Positions 24,548 to 30,578 of a DNA stretch of 30,578 nt are shown one piece after another; position 1 is the first letter of the stretch; each line of letters opens with the position of its first letter. Made by a program: the position numbers and the translations under genes. Location: IMG/VR virus record IMGVR_UViG_3300024335_000660, positions 1-30,578 of that record. One strand, 5' to 3'. The notes beneath the pieces were generated by a model. The model was given only the letters and a program-made list of their open reading frames with translations, had not been told where the DNA came from and did not search any database. Source of the DNA: a virus (lineage: Duplodnaviria; Caudoviricetes).

Positions 24548-24896
24548 TGCTAAACAACGCTCCAAATATAAAATAATCTGTTATGAATGTCAGTTGTGCT
24601 CCTATGAACACTGCCCACCAGTAATTACCTAACCAGTCCCATATCTTCTTGATTACATACCATGCAATTAATACTCGTATTGTGTACTGTATATTGCTTA
24701 TTATTGTATCATATATGCTGCCTGGATCAACTCCATAGTAGAACCAAAATACTAAAAAGTCATATGCAAAACTACATTGTGCCATTATAAGTACTGACTC
24801 AAACCAAGTCAATCTTTTATTTAGAAACTTGACAATGTTTGCACTAACTAATAGTCTGTAACTTACATATATGATATTTGTTATTAATAACTCCAT
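24540..24896 (-). CDS. Multi-pass membrane protein
   Basis: Hydrophobic; internal duplication (YRLLVSANIVK...IMAQCSFAYD / IRVLIAWYVIK...IGAQLTFITD). Confidence 0.7.
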   Translation of the reverse strand: MELLITNIIYVSYRLLVSANIVKFLNKRLTWFESVLIMAQCSFAYDFLVFWFYYGVDPGSIYDTIISNIQYTIRVLIAWYVIKKIWDWLGNYWWAVFIGAQLTFITDYFIFGALFSNV

Positions 24897-25141
24897 TAGC
24901 TATCAATTACAAATGTAATATCCACACCTGGTCCTGTTAAGCTAGGCATATCACCATGCTCTTCTATATAATATTTTACTACTGCTTTGTACCACAAATG
25001 ACTATTGTGATATGCTTTAGCATTAAATTTATGTATACTATTATTGTCCGCTGGCATAGTGCTAATTGCTCTTGCAGCTTCACGTTGTAAATCTCTAACC
25101 GTAAGCTGGTCTAAGATTATGTCCCATAATTCATCATCCAT
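24896..25141 (-). CDS. Conserved hypothetical protein
   Basis: RDLQREAARA...IHKFN...HNSHLWYKAV; coupled to both neighbours. Confidence 0.7.
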   Translation of the reverse strand: MDDELWDIILDQLTVRDLQREAARAISTMPADNNSIHKFNAKAYHNSHLWYKAVVKYYIEEHGDMPSLTGPGVDITFVIDS

Positions 25142-25433
25142 GTATTGTCTTGAGTCCTCTAAGTTTTACCATCATTGCATCTTCTACTTTGTAAAATTCA
25201 ATACGGAATATCCTGACGCCACTGTGAGCTGTAATAAAAGATTGTGAGAACCAAAAATCCTTCTCATATTCCAACCCAAGTGCGCCAAGTTGTGCCGATA
25301 TATTACCCATAATATTTATAGAATCTACTAACCCATCTCCTACATGTCTTATTAGATAGTCTGCAGAGCTATAATCAATATAATTTATATCTGGCGGAGC
25401 TTGCAATTTAGTAATCCATATTACTATCAACAT
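25134..25433 (-). CDS. Hypothetical protein
   Basis: ORF between pepA and the next gene; start uncertain. Confidence 0.6.
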   Translation of the reverse strand: MLIVIWITKLQAPPDINYIDYSSADYLIRHVGDGLVDSINIMGNISAQLGALGLEYEKDFWFSQSFITAHSGVRIFRIEFYKVEDAMMVKLRGLKTIHG

Positions 25434-26856
25434 CCAGTTTAGTTTTTTTGCTTGAGTGTGCTTTAACTAAGTTGTATAATGTTCTTACACCAAAACCAAC
25501 TGCACCTTTTGGTGTTACTGGTTTTCCTGACTTTTCCCAAGCCATACCTGCAATATCTAAGTGTGCCCAAGGTGTATTGTTATCTACAAAACGATACAAA
25601 AACTCTGCAGCTGTAGTTGAACCGCCTCCACGTCCACTTGAGATATTCTTCATGTCTGCAATATCACTATCAATCATCTTATTCCAGTTTGGACCCATTG
25701 GCATACGATAAAATCCTTCATCAGCATCTTTACCTGCCTTGATAATATTTTCTGATAAATGAGTACTGTTAGTAAACAATCCTGCCATCTCACTTGCAAG
25801 CGATACGACAATAGCTCCTGTTAGTGTTGCTAAATCAACAATGTATAATGGATCATATTCATCCTGTACGTGTGTTAAAATATCTGCAAGTACTAAACGA
25901 CCTTCTGCATCAGTATTTAAATTTTCCACAGTTTGTCCACTTAGTGATGTAACTACATCACCTGGTTTAATTGCGGTACTACTTGGCATGTTCTCTACTA
26001 GTCCAACAATCCCTACTACGTTTTGAGTTAACTCATTAGATGCAATCGCATGCATTGCACCAACAACTGATGCACTACCGCCCATGTCATATTTCATATC
26101 ACCCATACCTGCACTTGGCTTAATACTAATACCACCAGTATCAAATGTTACACCTTTACCTACTAGAGCAATTGGAGAATCATCTTCATCACCATTCATC
26201 CATTCCATTACAACAACATAACTATCTTTTGCACTACCTTGTCCAACACTTAGTAATAAATTAAAGCCCATTTGTTCTAACTCTGACTGATGATAAATCC
26301 TAACATTAACACCAAGCGGCGTCAACATATCGTTAATTGTATGTGCATATGTTCTTGGATACAATTCATTTGCTGGTTCTGATACTAAGTCACGTGCAAA
26401 ATTAATGCTGTTGTAAACTGTTTTGTTTCCACTTACTGTTTCAATATGAACTTTTGGCATACGTTCTGATGGTGATGTTTTACTTTTGTATTTGTCAAAA
26501 TTATAGCTTGCCATCATTGCACCGTCATATACTTCAGTAGTATTAATTGTGTCAGGATTTAATGCAAAATACAAAGTATCTACCTTGCCTTTGTATTTTG
26601 TTACATTCTTGCCGCCAAGTGTACGCAAGTCTGTATTTGATATTTTATCTTGCCATTGTACGATAGTGATATAGTCAATTGTAGGATGATCTGGATATGA
26701 AATATCTACGCTCTTGACCGTTTTGCCATCAAGTTTAGCCTTATTACATACCGTATCTAAATATCCGGATAATTCTCCATCAAGTAAATGATATTCTTCT
26801 GAGTCATACAGTACTACTACTGCGCTATTTGTTGAAAATTCTGTTGTGTTTTGCAT
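25408..26856 (-). CDS. pepA: M17 leucyl aminopeptidase
   Basis: VGKGVTFDTGG, MKYDMGG, NTDAEGRL, DLATLTGA, WAHLDIAG; all metal ligands present. Confidence 0.96.
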   Translation of the reverse strand: MQNTTEFSTNSAVVVLYDSEEYHLLDGELSGYLDTVCNKAKLDGKTVKSVDISYPDHPTIDYITIVQWQDKISNTDLRTLGGKNVTKYKGKVDTLYFALNPDTINTTEVYDGAMMASYNFDKYKSKTSPSERMPKVHIETVSGNKTVYNSINFARDLVSEPANELYPRTYAHTINDMLTPLGVNVRIYHQSELEQMGFNLLLSVGQGSAKDSYVVVMEWMNGDEDDSPIALVGKGVTFDTGGISIKPSAGMGDMKYDMGGSASVVGAMHAIASNELTQNVVGIVGLVENMPSSTAIKPGDVVTSLSGQTVENLNTDAEGRLVLADILTHVQDEYDPLYIVDLATLTGAIVVSLASEMAGLFTNSTHLSENIIKAGKDADEGFYRMPMGPNWNKMIDSDIADMKNISSGRGGGSTTAAEFLYRFVDNNTPWAHLDIAGMAWEKSGKPVTPKGAVGFGVRTLYNLVKAHSSKKTKLDVDSNMDY

Positions 26857-26865
26857 TTGTTTCCT

Positions 26866-27846
26866 CTATTTAATTCCAATAAGCATAAATCTATTATATA
26901 ATTGTGTGTCTAGTGTCCCTGCATAGGCTAGGCTTTGCATAGGATATTTGGTCTTCGCTTCTTCTAAGTCCTTAACACAATTACTGTGTTGCGGATTGCT
27001 AAAATAATCATTTGTTTGTAGTACCACAAATGTACCAGTTGGTAAATTATCATACCAATCATCATCCATGTGTTCGCAACTTGTGTTTACTACCATATTA
27101 ATTGTGTCTAATTCCCAATACTCTCCAGGATCTTCTCCCTCTGTTTGATTAGTAGGAACAGTTGCAACTTTTTCGTTCCATTTAATTTTAGATACATTTA
27201 TTGTCTTTGGTAAAAATCTTCCTTCTTCAACTTGTGTTGGGTATAGGCGCTTGCTTGGAGCCACCACATTGCCATCAACATCTAAACTATATATCTTGTC
27301 TACATCAAACTGCGAGAACAAGAAGTGTGCCATAAAGTTATACCAACCACCATAAAATGCTATATTGCCTAGTGGACCTTCAACTACTTTAGCTAATTCA
27401 GTTACCATCCATAATTTACTTTTAACTTGTCCTCTACTAAGGAAGTCATTCATATCTGGCATCTGTGCTGCTTCACCATCTTCGCCTGCCCAATAGTTAA
27501 CAAACTTACATGTGTTTACCATAAATGTATCTTCATGCATAAATTTACGAACTAGAGTAGCCATCATTTGTGGTTTTACTTCAGCGGAAACTTTTTCACG
27601 TAACAATGCATTAATCCAGGCACGAGTATGTGCTGGGTTGCTATTTGGCATTGTGGCTAGTTCTATAACTACATCACGGATGCGATACCAATTTTGTTGA
27701 AGTACTGCTTTTTTAAGTACTTGCCATCGTTCTATTTGTCCTGTAAATTCAAAATATTCATCAAGACCATAAAACCAATGATACTGTTTAGAAAATGCTT
27801 CTTGTTCTTCAGTAGTTGGTACTACTTCTTCATTAGAGTGCGTCAT
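26866..27846 (-). CDS. Class-I SAM-dependent methyltransferase-like phage protein
   Basis: GQVKSKLW, FYGGWY Gly-rich loop, SLDVD, VNTSCEHM. Confidence 0.65.
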   Translation of the reverse strand: MTHSNEEVVPTTEEQEAFSKQYHWFYGLDEYFEFTGQIERWQVLKKAVLQQNWYRIRDVVIELATMPNSNPAHTRAWINALLREKVSAEVKPQMMATLVRKFMHEDTFMVNTCKFVNYWAGEDGEAAQMPDMNDFLSRGQVKSKLWMVTELAKVVEGPLGNIAFYGGWYNFMAHFLFSQFDVDKIYSLDVDGNVVAPSKRLYPTQVEEGRFLPKTINVSKIKWNEKVATVPTNQTEGEDPGEYWELDTINMVVNTSCEHMDDDWYDNLPTGTFVVLQTNDYFSNPQHSNCVKDLEEAKTKYPMQSLAYAGTLDTQLYNRFMLIGIK

Positions 27847-28537
27847 TAAATGTTTCCTTTAGCCATTCCCAGTCGTTAATTTTACGTAAGGCATCGGTAT
27901 TACCTTGATAATGTGTTCCAAAATCTCTACCTTGATTAGCACCTAGTATTGCATACTCACCATAACGTTTGTTCTCACCACGAGTACACCATACTTCTAA
28001 TCTGTATGCATCGTCTACTTGCTTCTTGTGATCGATAATACCACTGGCCATTTTAGTTCCTTCACGGAATCCACTGCGCCATGTGTTAAATGGATCAGTA
28101 TTAAATGCTGTAGTGTTTGATATCTCAAACTTAGGTTTAAATACTGCACCAATACTTGTAGTCATGTCTACTTTAAATTCTTTAGTAGCAAGTAACTTCT
28201 TCTTTGGGAATAGTTTTAATGCACCAAACCCATAGATAAGATCGTTAACAGGGTTATGACTACGATAAGTAAACACACATTCTGTTTCTTTTACACCTGG
28301 GTATGCTTCTCGTCTGTCGCTTGGTTCAAATTTAAATTGAAAGTTCTCTTGTATAATTGCATCTGCATCACATACATAAAAATAGTTTGTTTTTGATAGT
28401 TCTGCGGCCGCCTTGTGTGCATTTAATAAGCCTACAACATTGTCTACTCGTTGTGCATGTGGAGCTTTTTGTTTTAGTATCTCGAAGTTCTCGTCAGCTT
28501 CCGGCTCGCCGAAAGTCAGCATAATAACATCTAACAT
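27833..28537 (-). CDS. GT-A fold glycosyltransferase-like protein
   Basis: AHKAAA...YFYVCDADA (DxD), YGFGALKL, WRSGFRE. Confidence 0.65.
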   Translation of the reverse strand: MLDVIMLTFGEPEADENFEILKQKAPHAQRVDNVVGLLNAHKAAAELSKTNYFYVCDADAIIQENFQFKFEPSDRREAYPGVKETECVFTYRSHNPVNDLIYGFGALKLFPKKKLLATKEFKVDMTTSIGAVFKPKFEISNTTAFNTDPFNTWRSGFREGTKMASGIIDHKKQVDDAYRLEVWCTRGENKRYGEYAILGANQGRDFGTHYQGNTDALRKINDWEWLKETFNDAL

Positions 28538-28555
28538 ATATTAATCCTTTTATTG

Positions 28556-29179
28556 TTAACTTTCCTTTGTGGCACGTTCTACCTCAAAGTCTAGCCAATA
28601 TTCATTTACTTTTTTTACATATTTTTCATTAGCGTCATTACGTAAGATTTCATCTATCTCAGTATCCCAAAATGCAATTGGCCAATCTAAGTCTCTACTT
28701 ATTTGTTCTAAGTAATCACCTTTATAGAGATACAATAACTCTTGGCTAATAAATGTGCATTGTTGATTTGCTGTTACCCATTTTAAATGATCTTTTGCAA
28801 GTGGTGTTGTATGTTTTCCTCTTACTCGTTCTTGTTGATGCTTGAGTATATTTTGATCTCTGCCTATAATAGCAACATCTATATCAACATACTCTTGTGC
28901 AACTTTTATAAATCGTTCATAGTTTGGTATAGACATCTCTCTATTTTTTACATATGGACAACTAATACTGGTCACAAAGTATTCGCTTTGTTCCCAATTA
29001 AAATTATTTAGCTTAGATGGATCAGCCCAACATTCTGCGAAGGGCTCGTGATGATGCCCTTCCCAATATGTATTAAGTAATGTCTTCCATCCAAAGACAT
29101 CTTCATGTAAACCTAGACATTTACTAAACAAGTGATTGCCACTGCCTTGTGGTCCTGTGATTATAAGAAGTCGAGCCAT
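28556..29179 (-). CDS. Sulfotransferase-like / P-loop-like protein
   Basis: N-terminal ITGPQGSGNHL and downstream IIGRD, resembling the 5'-PSB and 3'-PB motifs. Confidence 0.45.
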   Translation of the reverse strand: MARLLIITGPQGSGNHLFSKCLGLHEDVFGWKTLLNTYWEGHHHEPFAECWADPSKLNNFNWEQSEYFVTSISCPYVKNREMSIPNYERFIKVAQEYVDIDVAIIGRDQNILKHQQERVRGKHTTPLAKDHLKWVTANQQCTFISQELLYLYKGDYLEQISRDLDWPIAFWDTEIDEILRNDANEKYVKKVNEYWLDFEVERATKES

Positions 29180-29185
29180 AGTACT

Positions 29186-29214
29186 ACTATACTTTATTTC
29201 TATTAATCTGTCAA
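29186..29214 (-). promoter_or_regulatory. sigma70-type promoter giving a leaderless transcript
   Basis: TTGACA-N17-TATAGT, 6 nt before ATG 29179. Confidence 0.75.
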
Positions 29215-29218
29215 TGTT

Positions 29219-29728
29219 TTATTGCGCTAATGGATTATCCAATGCACGTTGTAGACGTTTATTCAATCTAGCTTCTAAATCTTTTAGTTTACGCTCAGTG
29301 TCTATACGTAGACGTTCTTTAGCCTGATCATAATCATTTTGCAATGCATCACGTTTGTTTTCAAAACGTTCTTCTGCTAAACTAATTTCTTGACGCACAT
29401 CTTCTTCAATACCATTAATATCGTCTTCAACTTGATCTACAATACGCTCTAGTCTAACGATATCATCACGTAATCCGTTTTTAATATCTTTAGAGTATTC
29501 ATTGTTATCGTCTAACTTTTGATCAATAATCGCAAGCTCTGATCTAATTCCACTTAGGTCTGGTGCTACATAGCGTTCTATCTTAGCTTTCATATTTCTA
29601 TAGTCATTATAGAATTCAAAGCCTCCCCATGCTGCACCGCATATTGAACTTATTACTGTAATAACTAGAAATAGTTTACCACCGGTAAACTTTACTCCAC
29701 CTACCTCTACTGTTGTTTTATCACTCAC
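29219..29728 (-). CDS. Membrane-anchored coiled-coil protein
   Basis: GTG start with AGGAG RBS, one TM, heptads, C-terminal ALDNPLA. Confidence 0.75.
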   Translation of the reverse strand: MSDKTTVEVGGVKFTGGKLFLVITVISSICGAAWGGFEFYNDYRNMKAKIERYVAPDLSGIRSELAIIDQKLDDNNEYSKDIKNGLRDDIVRLERIVDQVEDDINGIEEDVRQEISLAEERFENKRDALQNDYDQAKERLRIDTERKLKDLEARLNKRLQRALDNPLAQ

Positions 29729-29739
29729 TGTTCTTCTCC

Positions 29740-30069
29740 TTAAAATTTAATTTGTATTCCAACAACAAGTCCGGGCTTATTGTCGTCTAGTGCTGGCATT
29801 AAAAATAAATCCTTATAATTAATCCTAGCTGTTGGGGTCACACTATAATCGTATCCTGTTGCTATTCCAACTTCTATTGATGTATCTTTATTGATGTCGT
29901 ATTCGTATCCAGTGAATACACTTAACTTTCCAATACTATTGTAATATGCTCCTGCTATTACATTGCTCTCTGTTTTTACATTACAATATGGGTGTATAGA
30001 TTTATAATTGTAATCATCTACAAGCCCCATATGCATTGATATTGCTATTCCGCAAATAAACGTAACCAT
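29740..30069 (-). CDS. Small beta-barrel-like protein
   Basis: AGAYYNS, EVGIATGY, alternating strands, terminal QIKF. Confidence 0.55.
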   Translation of the reverse strand: MVTFICGIAISMHMGLVDDYNYKSIHPYCNVKTESNVIAGAYYNSIGKLSVFTGYEYDINKDTSIEVGIATGYDYSVTPTARINYKDLFLMPALDDNKPGLVVGIQIKF

Positions 30070-30578
30070 TATTCCATTCCCTCATATTGTTGATCTACCA
30101 TGTCATTCCATTTTAATTCACTTGCTAATCCATTTCTTAGCCCACGTTGATTCTCTGGTACCTTTTTATCTTTATAAAACTCTTCTGGTTCATAAAACTC
30201 TCGTCCAGGTATTGCTAATTGTCCGTATGCATTAAATCCTGGTACATAGTTAATTAATGCTGTAATCTGTGCTTGCAGAGCTTTCTGTTCTTGCAATGAT
30301 ACTGCTTCTCCCATAACATTTGCTAATCTAGATAGTTTCTCTTTGATAATTTTTCTCATCTTTTCTTTTTTTGCTTTTTCTTTTTGTGCTTTTGTTAGTT
30401 TTTTAATTTTCTTCTTTACAACGGGTTTTGATTCAGTACTGTTTTCTTCAGTAACTTCTTCATTGCTCTCTTCATCGCTTGATTCTTTCTCACTTGATTC
30501 TTCTTCAGTAGCTTCTTCATTGGCTTCTTCAGTAGACTCTTCTTCTGTGTTTTCTTCATCAATTACTTCCTCTTCAGT
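30069..30578 (-). CDS. C-terminus of a large protein with an acidic low-complexity region (5' end runs off the window)
   Basis: The frame is open to the window end: an E/T/S-rich tract, then a K-rich tract, then INYVPGFNAY. Confidence 0.8.
   Translation of the reverse strand, partial: TEEEVIDEENTEEESTEEANEEATEEESSEKESSDEESNEEVTEENSTESKPVVKKKIKKLTKAQKEKAKKEKMRKIIKEKLSRLANVMGEAVSLQEQKALQAQITALINYVPGFNAYGQLAIPGREFYEPEEFYKDKKVPENQRGLRNGLASELKWNDMVDQQYEGME

Noticed and set aside
30360-30578. TCTTC/TTCTTC-rich repeat-like tract
   Set aside because: It is Glu/Lys-rich low-complexity coding sequence, not a repeat array or CRISPR.
1-30578. Cellular origin, CRISPR array, mobile element/intron, or stop-codon reassignment
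   Set aside because: clpP/clpX/pepA/guaC lack bacterial synteny and sit among phage-type ORFs and promoters. No spaced direct repeats, transposase or homing endonuclease were seen, and recognisable genes are uninterrupted in code 11.

Overview
AT-rich (roughly one-third GC), gene-dense segment, almost all on the minus strand. It reads as an accessory and host-takeover region of a large T4-like (probably jumbo) marine phage, not a cellular chromosome. Support: phoH, a gp30.2-like HAD phosphatase, a T4-type ligase homolog, many tiny ORFs, ten TTGACA-N17 sigma70-type promoters and a separate set of (T)ATAAATA T4-late-type promoters. Host-like genes (porin, pseudoazurin, DUF1127, bS21, GuaC, PepA) suggest an alphaproteobacterial, probably Rhodobacteraceae, host; this is inference. 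Recognisable content: PhoH, DUF465, peroxiredoxin, tRNA-Leu(TAA), tRNA-Arg(TCT), DUF805, two radical-SAM paralogs, porin, MscS-like protein, class-3 lipase, pseudoazurin, a DUF1127 small-protein operon, GMP reductase, DEDDh exonuclease, cytidylyltransferase, glutamine amidotransferase, ClpS-bS21-ClpX and ClpP, 2OG-Fe(II) oxygenase, M17 aminopeptidase, and methyl-, glycosyl- and sulfotransferase-like proteins. Most notable: (1) a phage-encoded ClpXP/ClpS/PepA proteolysis set with altered ClpX substrate loops and an embedded bS21; (2) a self-contained 125-nt sRNA with LysR-like operator dyads ahead of the DUF1127/pseudoazurin operon; (3) a roughly 170-nt GC-rich structured element 5' of tRNA-Leu; (4) late-promoter-driven enzyme homologs with degenerate active sites (ligase, thermonuclease, P-loop kinase); (5) several apparently leaderless mRNAs. 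All assignments come from reading motifs by eye; no database search or folding program was run.
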